IMG/VR virus record: IMGVR_UViG_3300017733_000043
Span: 1 to 25,100 of that record
DNA: 25,100 bases
Strand: one strand, 5' to 3'
From: a virus
Lineage: Duplodnaviria > Caudoviricetes
Position numbers and translations under genes: made by a program. The first letter of the stretch is position 1, and every line of letters starts with the position of its first letter. Positions 8,469-17,095 of this stretch are shown here, piece after piece. Below the pieces are notes generated by a model. It was not told the DNA's origin. It was given only the letters and a program-made list of their open reading frames with translations, and made no database searches.

Positions 8469-11070
8469 TTTCTAAAGGGTCAAATCCGATCAAAGCATTA
8501 GCACGTGCAGACCACTCAGCTTCAGCTTCATCGGTGTATGGAAGGTTAAGTGGTGGGGCAACATCAATAGCTACGCCGCGTGAATGTGCACTACCAGTAT
8601 CGTTAGGTCGCAAGTAAGATGTCACACGGTAGCCGTTTTGTTCAAACAAAAGCTTTGCAGCAGCAGCTTGTTGTTGAGTTGCAAACTCGTAATGATTATG
8701 GTAATTCTTGCCACCATGACCACGAGGTCCGTCACCGTTATCATAGACAATACGTCCGTCAGTTTTGCCACGGATCGTAGGGTCACCACTGACATATTGG
8801 ACAACTTTGTACATTGACGAACGGACCGGTGCAAATGCTCCAGTTTGAGTGTCTCCAACGTTTGCACGGCCAGTACGTTCTGGTGTGCGGAAGGTGTTGC
8901 GGATCGGGCTGTAAGGAGTTATTTCGAATTCACTGTAACGCCTTTTCTGCTCTTTATTAAGTGCGTCTACTTGTAGTGTAAGACTGCCATCTCCAATGTA
9001 TGGTGCGATGTCATTCAGCACTTGCAATGGGTTACGGTTAGTTGTTTCAGCAACATAAGCAATTACAGGTGGCATATTCCATTGTTTTTCTGTGTAAGTT
9101 GTAAGTGCCTTTTCTATTTCCGCATGATTCATTTGTTGTGCAATCAGTTGATAACGCTGTGCAGCTGGTTTCGTGGTATCTTTAAGAATATCTCCAATTT
9201 TATTCATTTGTTTAATACCAGTAGTCTGGGCTGCACTTAGCTGTTGCTTCTGCTGTTCGTTTGGTGATTGAATGATAAATTCTTTAAATGCGCCAGTTTC
9301 TGTCAAACCCTCTTTTAGAGCGTTTTGAATATCAATATTTACTTTTGACAATGCTTGCTCACGTGCCTTATCGAATGTAGCACCAGGGACTGCTGAAAAT
9401 TGTTGCAAATAAGTTCTATAGTTTTGCTTGAATTTATTTACTGCTAGGGTGTGGTTAACCTCATTTAATGCTCCAAACGCTCTAACATTGCCAAGAATTT
9501 CAGGACTGTTGTTAACAGTGCTTTCAATCATTGACATATGAAGCTGTGTCGTTGTATCTGCAAACAAACTATCAGATTGCTTGGCTAGGTTCATAGCACG
9601 ATTTAGTGCCTCAGGGCTTTCATAGTGACCACCTAGAGCAATGTCCATGGTCAGACGTCCAGTTTTATACAGCTCGTCGTTAGTAGCCTTTGTTTGACGC
9701 CAACGCTGTGCATCAGAAGTGATACGACGTGCATTTTGCAACATCTTAGACTCACGTCCAAAGTAAAGAATAGTGCCACGGCTTTCAATATCTTTGACTT
9801 CTGCATCGGTCAAGTCACCGTCACCACCAAGCTTGTTCATTTCATCAACAACCCAAGCATCATATTCAAGCTGCTTTGCTTGTTCCTCTCTGTTAGCGTC
9901 TTGGTTTTGTCTAGTAACAATGCTGTTTTCAATGTCTTCTAATTCAGCAGCAAAGGTTGGAAATGATTCACGCAGTGTTTGTCCATTAGAACCACTACCT
10001 GGATAATCAAGAATTGAATCGATGACACCAGCTTCGAGAGCATAAGCACCACTTTCTTTTGATTTAGTTTCTAAATACTTACGAAGATCTTCCCGTTTTT
10101 GAAAGGAAGGATTTGTACTGTTCCAACGAATTAAACCTGCTACTTGGTCTTGGTTAAAAGCTACAGCAAATGCGTTTTGACGGTCTTGTGTGAGTTCTTT
10201 TTCTTGCAGTGCTCGTCTGTCTTTAAGAAAAAGGTTACGACGGTTACCGACCAATTCGTCTAGTTTCGCGTAGACACCAGCACCTGCAAGAACTTCAGGA
10301 CGTGCTTGACCTACAAAGTTGACCTCCATAAACTCACGCTTTGCTTCAGTCAAGAAAGCGTCAAAGTCAGTGATGGGTGCGTTTTGTTCTAGCTCTTTAG
10401 CACGGATCTTTTGCTCGAGAAAATCTGGAAATTTGTTTAGGCTGTTTTGAAATAACTGTTTATGCTGTACCCAACGTTTTGTGTTCCGGTTTTGGTAGAC
10501 CGCAAACATGCCATCAATAAGGCTAGTGTCAGCATCAGGTCCAAACATTTCTTGGACACTGTCTTGTGCAGCAAACTCTGAACGTGTTAGATTGTCGTCC
10601 ATTTTTTGGTACGACACCATTTGATCATAAGTTACACCAGTCCTTGAAATGACGTCATGAGCAGCAGCAACCTTTTTCTCCTCTTGCTCCTGCATGTAGT
10701 CACCAAGCATACTAAAAGCAGTTTGGCTAAAAGCACTAATGTTGGCTAGATCAGTTTGTCTTGACTTGTTTTCAGCATCCAGATTATCCATCTGAATTTT
10801 GTAGTCACGATCCAACGCATCCTTATAGGATTGCCGTTGCAATGACTGCATTCGGTAGTTGGTTTCGCGGTTAGCGTCTTCAGCAGAGTTGACTAGGCGT
10901 TGTGCACGCAAGTAAATCTGTTCGTTTTCTTTTGCGAATTCACGAGCACGTTGTACACCACGAACTTGTTTTTCTGTTTGTCGCTCAATCTTAGCCGTTT
11001 GGTCTGGAACCCGAATTTGAAATTCACTAAAACTTCCCGGCTTAGAGTATGTCTTGTAATTTTTAGGCAT
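8461..11070 (-). CDS. Internal virion protein (T7 gp15-like) with C-terminal peptidase M15-like domain
   Basis: 869 aa, second of three internal virion genes. The C-terminus has TSYLRP...SAHSRGVAIDV (SxHxxGxAxD zinc-peptidase motif). Confidence 0.8.
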   Translation of the reverse strand: MPKNYKTYSKPGSFSEFQIRVPDQTAKIERQTEKQVRGVQRAREFAKENEQIYLRAQRLVNSAEDANRETNYRMQSLQRQSYKDALDRDYKIQMDNLDAENKSRQTDLANISAFSQTAFSMLGDYMQEQEEKKVAAAHDVISRTGVTYDQMVSYQKMDDNLTRSEFAAQDSVQEMFGPDADTSLIDGMFAVYQNRNTKRWVQHKQLFQNSLNKFPDFLEQKIRAKELEQNAPITDFDAFLTEAKREFMEVNFVGQARPEVLAGAGVYAKLDELVGNRRNLFLKDRRALQEKELTQDRQNAFAVAFNQDQVAGLIRWNSTNPSFQKREDLRKYLETKSKESGAYALEAGVIDSILDYPGSGSNGQTLRESFPTFAAELEDIENSIVTRQNQDANREEQAKQLEYDAWVVDEMNKLGGDGDLTDAEVKDIESRGTILYFGRESKMLQNARRITSDAQRWRQTKATNDELYKTGRLTMDIALGGHYESPEALNRAMNLAKQSDSLFADTTTQLHMSMIESTVNNSPEILGNVRAFGALNEVNHTLAVNKFKQNYRTYLQQFSAVPGATFDKAREQALSKVNIDIQNALKEGLTETGAFKEFIIQSPNEQQKQQLSAAQTTGIKQMNKIGDILKDTTKPAAQRYQLIAQQMNHAEIEKALTTYTEKQWNMPPVIAYVAETTNRNPLQVLNDIAPYIGDGSLTLQVDALNKEQKRRYSEFEITPYSPIRNTFRTPERTGRANVGDTQTGAFAPVRSSMYKVVQYVSGDPTIRGKTDGRIVYDNGDGPRGHGGKNYHNHYEFATQQQAAAAKLLFEQNGYRVTSYLRPNDTGSAHSRGVAIDVAPPLNLPYTDEAEAEWSARANALIGFDPLENE

Positions 11071-11081
11071 AGTTGAAAGTT

Positions 11082-12137
11082 TTATTTGGTGAATCCAACA
11101 ACTTGTGAAGCAATTTGCATGCTATTACGGAAGAAAGCACCGGCCAAGTTAGCTTGATAAGGAATGCTCTTCATTGGTTTAGGACCTTGCTTCGGCTTGT
11201 AAATGTCTTGGTATTGTGGGAACGGCAGTGCAAGTGGCTTAGGCAGCGGTGGTGAGATTTGTGGTTTCAGCATAATGTTAGCCTCAGCGTCTATGTCAGC
11301 CTGCAGCCTTTGCATTGCAATTTGACTTCGGTTTAAACTGTCAGCAGCGACTAGGTTGTTTTCACTCAATTCAAGTGCAAGATTGTCCTGCATATTTTGC
11401 TGACGTGCAACCAAAAGGTCCATATCAACCTGCCCTGTATCCATCATCAGTTCATTGACAATGTCACTCTCTACAGCGTTAGCTTCAGCTTGAATAGCAT
11501 TAAGACTTTTAGCAGCAGCCCGTCCAGCTTGTCCACGTGCAGCAGCTTGACCTTTAGCTTTGAGAGCAGAGATACCAGCTGTACGCAGTTGAGAAGTAGC
11601 CCCTGCTTTAAGTTTTTTCTTTTTGAGCATCAGACCATGTGCCTGAGCTGTGTAGTTAAGAAGAGTCTCTTGACCACTTAGCTCTAGCTCAATCTGCTGC
11701 TCCATCAAATTACGGTCTGCCTGAAGATTAGCAAACTCACTAGCAATAAAATTAAAACCTTTTTGTTGAACAGCTTGCTCAACGGATTGGTTGTAAGACC
11801 GCATATCTTGAGAAAACTCAAAATCACGGATTGCCATTTTAGTATTCCAATCCTGCTGACGGTTGTTGGCTTGGAATTGAAGATCGCGCCTCAGATTTTT
11901 TTTAGAAATCTTTTGCCCTTTTACTTCGTGCTCAAACCTACGCTCTAGCTCTTCACCTTCATATGCATAGACCTCTTTGTTATATTTATTAGTTTCCTTT
12001 GCTACTTTTTTTGCGTGTGCGTTTTGTGTAGATGCACCACCTGTAAAAATGTCGCCAATAGTCTTAAATATATTTAGCTCTAAACCAGACTCTTCAAGCT
12101 GTTGATCCAGTATATTTTGTTTTGGGTTAAACATCAA
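11082..12137 (-). CDS. Internal virion protein (T7 gp14-like)
   Basis: 351 aa Gln/Ala-rich helical protein with AKGQAAARGQAGR motif and Pro-rich C-terminal segment; position after tail tubular B. Confidence 0.7.
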   Translation of the reverse strand: MMFNPKQNILDQQLEESGLELNIFKTIGDIFTGGASTQNAHAKKVAKETNKYNKEVYAYEGEELERRFEHEVKGQKISKKNLRRDLQFQANNRQQDWNTKMAIRDFEFSQDMRSYNQSVEQAVQQKGFNFIASEFANLQADRNLMEQQIELELSGQETLLNYTAQAHGLMLKKKKLKAGATSQLRTAGISALKAKGQAAARGQAGRAAAKSLNAIQAEANAVESDIVNELMMDTGQVDMDLLVARQQNMQDNLALELSENNLVAADSLNRSQIAMQRLQADIDAEANIMLKPQISPPLPKPLALPFPQYQDIYKPKQGPKPMKSIPYQANLAGAFFRNSMQIASQVVGFTK

Positions 12138-14770
12138 GCCCTCCTATAGAATCGCGGTGTATATTGTCCTTCCCACATCATCGCATTAACGGCAACTGGA
12201 AAAGGTGAGTTATTGAACATTTTTAGTCTAAAGTTTTCAGTGCGTTGATGGATGGGGATAGTAAATACAGTTTCGTTATTAAGAGGTACGTCGTTAGCAA
12301 GATACTGGTTTGCTTCTGCTACAGGTTGAATGTCAAACCATTCATCAATGTAAAACTTGATAGCAGCGTTGTTAGCGGGTGCTGTGGTTAAGACAATAGT
12401 TGTGTCGTTAGTAAAGGTAAAACCCGTCTCATTGACACCGTTGACACTGACTTTAACATCAGACCTGTCAGCAAACTTTAGATCACGTTTGTTAAAAGTG
12501 TAGGTAGTGGTAGAACCATCACCAGTAAACTCAACACTATATGGCAATCTGCCTTGTTGTTTAACTTTGAAACTCATCATACCTGACAAACCAACTGCAA
12601 ACTTCATACGTGCAATAGTAAGATTAGCTGTAAAATCTGTAATTCTATTGTCAGGTCGGTAGTATGTACGAGGTAGCTCTACATCAAAATTATACTTAAA
12701 TCCAACAATAACATCACCAGCAACGTCAAGAGCGTCTTCACCAGATGCTGTCAAATTTTTGTTGGGAATAATAAAGAAAGTTTCAGTGCTGGGGGAGTTG
12801 GGACCATTTGTATCAGACGCACGTTCAGGTGTAAGGGTGAAGCCTGACTCGACAAATGTACCACTACTTGTATCGCCTTTAATTACAATGATAGGTGTCA
12901 AAGACGAAACGTCATTGTACGGTATGTAGCATTTAGTCTGGTCATTAACAGAATCGTAAACAACTGCATTAGATGCAATGTTTTTGTACAGGTCAATAGA
13001 AGGGTTGACCTTTTCACCTTCGTTGTTGACGATAATAGCTTGTTCAGGACTTTGGCTAAGTGCAGCTTTGAGCAGTGTAAACTGGTTACCCTGTTTAGTC
13101 ACTGCGTACATAATGTCAGAATCAGGTGCAAGGAACTGAACAGTACCTGGCATTAACCAACTGACCCACGATTGCATTAGGTTGGTTTGCCCATCGTTGT
13201 AGTAACGGAACAGAAACACTTCATTAAGGCTTTGACCACTTAAAGCAATCAAAGAGTTTTGAGGACTAGAAACCATCAAATCAATGCTTGGTGAAATCCA
13301 TTCTTTTACGACACGAGAAGTGTCCAAAACTTGTGGGTTTTCTTGCTGACCACGTGTAACCATGCTGAACACACGGCTATAACCAGGTGTCTTGCTAACA
13401 AAGTTGATGTTACTACCAACGTCCACAGGATGGATATTACGATCCATCTGGTAGTTAGAAAGCGTTCTAATTGTTGCCAATCCAGGTGTCAACACACCGG
13501 TATCAGAAAACAAAATAAATTGTTGATTCTCACTAAACAACACAACACCCTGAGCTGTAGGAATTACAGCACTTAGCGACGTAGGTCGAATAGAAGAACA
13601 ACTAATGTCAATAGGGTCAGAATCAATAACAGTCTGAGCGGTGGTAAAAAAGAAGTTATAAAAATCACCTGATCGACTTAGAATGACATTGTCACCAGAA
13701 ATAAAGCCAAGGCGATTGTTATGAAAGAACCCACCTGTAATTTTATTAGCTACAAAACTAGGCTGTGAATTAGTTTCGTCGTCACCTACTTGCCTGTCAA
13801 CATAATTAATTTCTCTAAATATAAACGTGTTAGTAGCTGTGTTGACAAGTTCATGTGGCATTGTGGAATTGTCAAGTCCAATTGAAACTGTTGGATTGAT
13901 TGTCTCTTCCCAAAACCCTTCACCGCCAACACCATTGTGTGCTACAAATTTCACCCAATAGTCAGCATCATTTGCACCAGTCAGTACAACTTTAATAATT
14001 CTTCCATGCCTAGATTGGACAGGAAGGTCACTAATGTTTGTAACCTTATCTTCTATTGCTACTAAGTCAAGGTTATTAATACCGCCTTCTGCATGAATGC
14101 CCATGTCAGCAGTGTGGACAAGCTCTAGCTCGTTTGCAAATTTAGTAACAGTAATACCAGCATGGCTGCCAGTCATTGATTCAATGTCTGACTTGATTGC
14201 ATTAAGAACTTCAGTGGAATCACTAGAACTACTTGCAGTAAATGTTGCTGTTTGCGTAGAACCACCAACAGTGATGTCAACTGTATAAACAGCGCCGTTT
14301 ATAACAGTACCAAGCACCAAAGACACTGACCTAAGTGGATTATAGGATGAGTCAGAAACAGCAGTGTCAGCAATTACGTTGTCTTTGCTGTTAATAATAA
14401 TACTGGTGTCCTGGACAGTAATGATTTCATAATTATCTTTAGTCCCGTCTAGGTATCCAGTGCCGTTAGGAAACGTGACTGTAGCTGCAGTGCCAGTTAA
14501 TGCGTTCCAAATGTCAATGTCAGTACCTTTGATTACACCAATGTACTCTTCATCATCGTCACGTTTAATGTAAAACCATTTACCACCATCGTATGTAGTA
14601 CCAGTACCTAGGTTAAGAATGTGCTCAAAACCAGGTCGCTTAGTCAATCCATATGTAGCATCAGGAAATCCGTTGTAGCACTCACGGACTTGACCTGGCA
14701 GCATTTTATTATCTGATTGTTTGGACACGCCACCAAGGTAGGTTCCGATCCGCTGAGTGACTGATGCCAT
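12134..14770 (-). CDS. Tail tubular protein B (nozzle, T7 gp12-like)
   Basis: N-terminus MASVTQRIGTYLGGVSKQSD...GLTKRPG, internal FFHNNRLGF...DSDPID, C-terminus MMWEGQYTPRFYRRA; follows gp11. Confidence 0.95.
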   Translation of the reverse strand: MASVTQRIGTYLGGVSKQSDNKMLPGQVRECYNGFPDATYGLTKRPGFEHILNLGTGTTYDGGKWFYIKRDDDEEYIGVIKGTDIDIWNALTGTAATVTFPNGTGYLDGTKDNYEIITVQDTSIIINSKDNVIADTAVSDSSYNPLRSVSLVLGTVINGAVYTVDITVGGSTQTATFTASSSSDSTEVLNAIKSDIESMTGSHAGITVTKFANELELVHTADMGIHAEGGINNLDLVAIEDKVTNISDLPVQSRHGRIIKVVLTGANDADYWVKFVAHNGVGGEGFWEETINPTVSIGLDNSTMPHELVNTATNTFIFREINYVDRQVGDDETNSQPSFVANKITGGFFHNNRLGFISGDNVILSRSGDFYNFFFTTAQTVIDSDPIDISCSSIRPTSLSAVIPTAQGVVLFSENQQFILFSDTGVLTPGLATIRTLSNYQMDRNIHPVDVGSNINFVSKTPGYSRVFSMVTRGQQENPQVLDTSRVVKEWISPSIDLMVSSPQNSLIALSGQSLNEVFLFRYYNDGQTNLMQSWVSWLMPGTVQFLAPDSDIMYAVTKQGNQFTLLKAALSQSPEQAIIVNNEGEKVNPSIDLYKNIASNAVVYDSVNDQTKCYIPYNDVSSLTPIIVIKGDTSSGTFVESGFTLTPERASDTNGPNSPSTETFFIIPNKNLTASGEDALDVAGDVIVGFKYNFDVELPRTYYRPDNRITDFTANLTIARMKFAVGLSGMMSFKVKQQGRLPYSVEFTGDGSTTTYTFNKRDLKFADRSDVKVSVNGVNETGFTFTNDTTIVLTTAPANNAAIKFYIDEWFDIQPVAEANQYLANDVPLNNETVFTIPIHQRTENFRLKMFNNSPFPVAVNAMMWEGQYTPRFYRRA

Positions 14771-15385
14771 TTATCGATAAAGTGCGTTGTAAGGTTGATA
14801 GCTTTGGTAACGATTGGTTTCTCCAGAATGTCCAAAGAACGTATAGTCACCTTGATTGCATTCATATTCCATAGCCATAGCCCTGGTAAATGCTTCTTTT
14901 TGTTGAAGGATTTGATATTGATTTGCGTCACCAACAATTCGACTTGACGTAATCGATGCAGCACGTGCAGTAATAAAATCTGCAATAGGTTTAGGCAGAT
15001 CTACCCAATCAAATAGCCAGACAATGTCACACTCAATGTCTTTCGTGAATGTGTATGTGTGATGTGCCTTGTCGTATAGCTTACCGCTACGACGAATAAC
15101 GTCAAGTTCTACGTTGGCTGCGTTAGTGGTTGTATCAATCTGCAGAATATTATTGGGAATGGCAATTTCGTTGTCATTATTACGAGTCATTTTATAATGA
15201 CCCTCTTTGTTAAATGTCCATCCCTCCGCCTGTACTTCCCGTGAGACTTCAAGCAAAGTCTGATAGGCAATCGCAACGTCCGGGTTGGTTTGATCTAGGG
15301 TAGTCACAGGCGCTTGACCACATGACTGCAGAATTTGATTCACAGCGGAAAGTTCTTGCTGCGAGTTAGTGGTAGGAAAAGCCAT
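14771..15385 (-). CDS. Tail tubular protein A (adaptor, T7 gp11-like)
   Basis: ELSAVNQILQSCGQAPVTTL...EVQAEGWTFNKE is the gp11 signature; follows the capsid gene. Confidence 0.95.
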   Translation of the reverse strand: MAFPTTNSQQELSAVNQILQSCGQAPVTTLDQTNPDVAIAYQTLLEVSREVQAEGWTFNKEGHYKMTRNNDNEIAIPNNILQIDTTTNAANVELDVIRRSGKLYDKAHHTYTFTKDIECDIVWLFDWVDLPKPIADFITARAASITSSRIVGDANQYQILQQKEAFTRAMAMEYECNQGDYTFFGHSGETNRYQSYQPYNALYR

Positions 15386-15393
15386 ATAAAAAT

Positions 15394-15420
15394 AAAAAAA
15401 GGGACCCCGGAGGATCCCTG
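15394..15420 (-). terminator. Intrinsic terminator after the major capsid gene (T-phi equivalent)
   Basis: Minus strand reads AGGGATCC-TCCG-GGGTCCCT-TTTTTT: a GC-rich stem, UNCG-type tetraloop and U-tract, at the same position as T7 T-phi. Confidence 0.9.
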
Positions 15421-15439
15421 TATAAGTTGATTTAAATAA

Positions 15440-16576
15440 TCAGAATGCAGCAGGTGCAGAAGCGGTACCAGCGTACAGCTCCACAGCACATGCAGGGTTC
15501 AGGTAGTCAGAGCCCATGGCAAGACGACCCAGGATTACGTCACCTTGGTAGACCACGGAGACGTCACCACTGGTGACCTGGACCTGAGGACCAATTGCTT
15601 CCACGCAGCCAGCGGCTTCACGTTGGAAAATAATTCCACAGGAATTAGCGAATTCGGTTTCTTCACCGTACTCGTTGTTGATGCCGGTGACATCGTTAGC
15701 AGCATCTTCCAAAGCTTCACCAACGAAGGAGCCGGTGTTACCAGGAGAAGTGGTGCCAGGGTTAGTCGCAGAACCAGTACCGTACTTGGTGCCATACTGG
15801 CTAAAGAACGGAATGTTCATGGACTTGTAGATCTTGATACCAGCAATCTCAACAATGCCCTGGCCGCTTTGCAGCGCAGCGCCTTGCTCGTCGCGGTTGA
15901 TCAGACCGTTGTTACCGACCTCTTGGATCAGTGCATAGTATTGGCGAGGGTTCAAAACACCCACGCGACCTTCAGAAGACACACCCTTTTCGTCCATCGC
16001 AGCAGCGGCGTCGAAGAAAGCGGTGGTCAGGTTTTGAGCATTGTAAGCATCAGAAGCGTTAGCAGTGGTGCCAACACGAATCTGGGTGCCGCCGGGCTCA
16101 ACAAAACTAGACTTGGTAACCGGGGATGCAGCACGTGCGCCACGGGTGACAGCACGGAAGATAAGACGGTCATACTTTTGGGCCAAAGCGTAGCCGATCT
16201 TACGGCTAATCTCAGAACGCAAATCGTAGTGAGACAGAGTCTCGTCAAGATCATACACGAAAGCCGAGCTGATGAGCAGATCGTCAACCGTGATGGTCTT
16301 TTCAGCCACCGGAGGTGCACCGTCGGAGTTACCGAGGATAGCGTTTCCGGGGGTGTGGAATTCAGCAGTTGTGCGTCCCGTGTAGATGAACTGCATAGAC
16401 TTGCCGTTCTTCAGGGTGCGCTTCATGACCAGGTCACGAGCGATTGCATTGTACTGGAAACCTTTGAACATTTCTCCACTGAACAGTTTCAAGTAGAGAG
16501 CGCGGGCGTCTCCCGCGGAGTTTGATTGACCAGCCCTAGTTAGGGAAGTGGTCAGATCAGAAGACTGATGTGCCAT
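15440..16576 (-). CDS. Major capsid protein (T7 gp10-like)
   Basis: ALYLKLFSGEMFKGF...RTLKNGKSMQFIYTGR...EKTITVDDLLISS...YQGDVILGRLAMG is typical of cyanopodovirus capsid proteins; strong codon bias. Confidence 0.97.
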   Translation of the reverse strand: MAHQSSDLTTSLTRAGQSNSAGDARALYLKLFSGEMFKGFQYNAIARDLVMKRTLKNGKSMQFIYTGRTTAEFHTPGNAILGNSDGAPPVAEKTITVDDLLISSAFVYDLDETLSHYDLRSEISRKIGYALAQKYDRLIFRAVTRGARAASPVTKSSFVEPGGTQIRVGTTANASDAYNAQNLTTAFFDAAAAMDEKGVSSEGRVGVLNPRQYYALIQEVGNNGLINRDEQGAALQSGQGIVEIAGIKIYKSMNIPFFSQYGTKYGTGSATNPGTTSPGNTGSFVGEALEDAANDVTGINNEYGEETEFANSCGIIFQREAAGCVEAIGPQVQVTSGDVSVVYQGDVILGRLAMGSDYLNPACAVELYAGTASAPAAF

Positions 16577-16609
16577 TTGTTAGGTAATAATAGTTGTGTA
16601 TAAACAGTC

Positions 16610-16722
16610 TCCAAACGTTTGGAAAAATTTTTGTGGTCTATCCCACCGTCTAGACGGCGAAGGGTGTCTTCCGTAGAAGGCCAACGCCAATGCAAGGGAG
16701 GTCCGACTTTGAGGTGCCTCCC
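16610..16722 (-). promoter_or_regulatory. Structured 5' leader of the capsid gene (candidate cis-regulatory RNA)
   Basis: Hairpin GGGAGG-15nt-CCUCCC (16696-16722), CUUC-UACG-GAAG tetraloop hairpin (16668-16679) within a GGCG/CGCC stem, GUGG-GAUAGA-CCAC (16633-16646), and perfect palindromes CCGTCTAGACGG (16646-16657) and TCCAAACGTTTGGA (16610-16623). Confidence 0.6.
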
Positions 16723-16729
16723 AAGCTTT

Positions 16730-16876
16730 TTACAAAAGTCCTTTAAGACACTTCTTTTGTTTGCGACATTGTGGTTTTTTGTCACCACAGTGACCACAAC
16801 GATTGAAAACTACATCACCAGAATCAGGAGTCATCTTAGTGATAGCAGCCTTAGCAACCTTAGATTGATGTGGCAT
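16730..16876 (-). CDS. Small 48-aa Cys4 (putative zinc-binding) protein
   Basis: Manual translation: MPHQSKVAKAAITKMTPDSGDVVFNRCGHCGDKKPQCRKQKKCLKGLL*. ATG lies 13 nt after the upstream stop in an A/T-rich context; below the ORF-track size cutoff. Confidence 0.65.
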   Translation of the reverse strand: MPHQSKVAKAAITKMTPDSGDVVFNRCGHCGDKKPQCRKQKKCLKGLL

Positions 16877-16889
16877 AATAAATTTTTAG

Positions 16890-17009
16890 TTATGTGCAGT
16901 TTGCAATGGTGCGCTTAAGGATGTAAGAAACGCCCCGATACTTTAAGACAATTTCTTTTTGCTTGGCTTGCTGTTCACGGATGCGCTGACGGATTTCGAT
17001 TTGAGACAT
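16890..17009 (-). CDS. DUF4278-family 'YRG' peptide (39 aa), related to glutamine synthetase inactivating factor IF17
   Basis: Manual translation: MSQIEIRQRIREQQAKQKEIVLKYRGVSYILKRTIANCT*. Contains the LxYRGVxY motif and lies directly downstream of a Downstream-peptide-type RNA. Confidence 0.8.
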   Translation of the reverse strand: MSQIEIRQRIREQQAKQKEIVLKYRGVSYILKRTIANCT

Positions 17010-17023
17010 GATTAGTTCAGAAA

Positions 17024-17080
17024 AAACCTACCCCCCGTTCCATGGTTAGGTTGCCTGCGTCCCAATAATGGGATGAACGT
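17024..17080 (-). ncRNA. Glutamine-II riboswitch (Downstream-peptide RNA motif)
   Basis: Minus strand ACGUUCAUCCCAUUAUUGGGACGCAGGCAACCUAACCAUGGAACGGGGGGUAGGUUU: P1 CGUUC/GAACG, P2 UCCCA/UGGGA followed by CGCA, and pseudoknot AACCUA/UAGGUU. It ends about 14 nt upstream of a YRG-motif peptide, the known genetic context of this motif. Confidence 0.85.
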
Positions 17081-17095
17081 ACGGCTTGACTTTAA

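Noticed and set aside
15386-15470. T7 gp10B-style frameshift extension of the capsid protein
   Set aside because: No clear slippery site near the stop, and only 54 nt containing a terminator before gp11.
15545-16525. 326-aa plus-strand ORF
   Set aside because: Antisense shadow of the strongly codon-biased capsid gene; no recognisable motifs.
16552-16918. ORF-track entries 16552..16797 (-) and 16619..16918 (+)
   Set aside because: Non-ATG starts crossing the structured leader; better explained by the 48-aa ORF and non-coding hairpins.
16577-17095. Phage RNA polymerase promoter or NtcA box (GTA-N8-TAC)
   Set aside because: No repeated promoter-like consensus or convincing NtcA site found by eye in the intergenic parts; not excluded.
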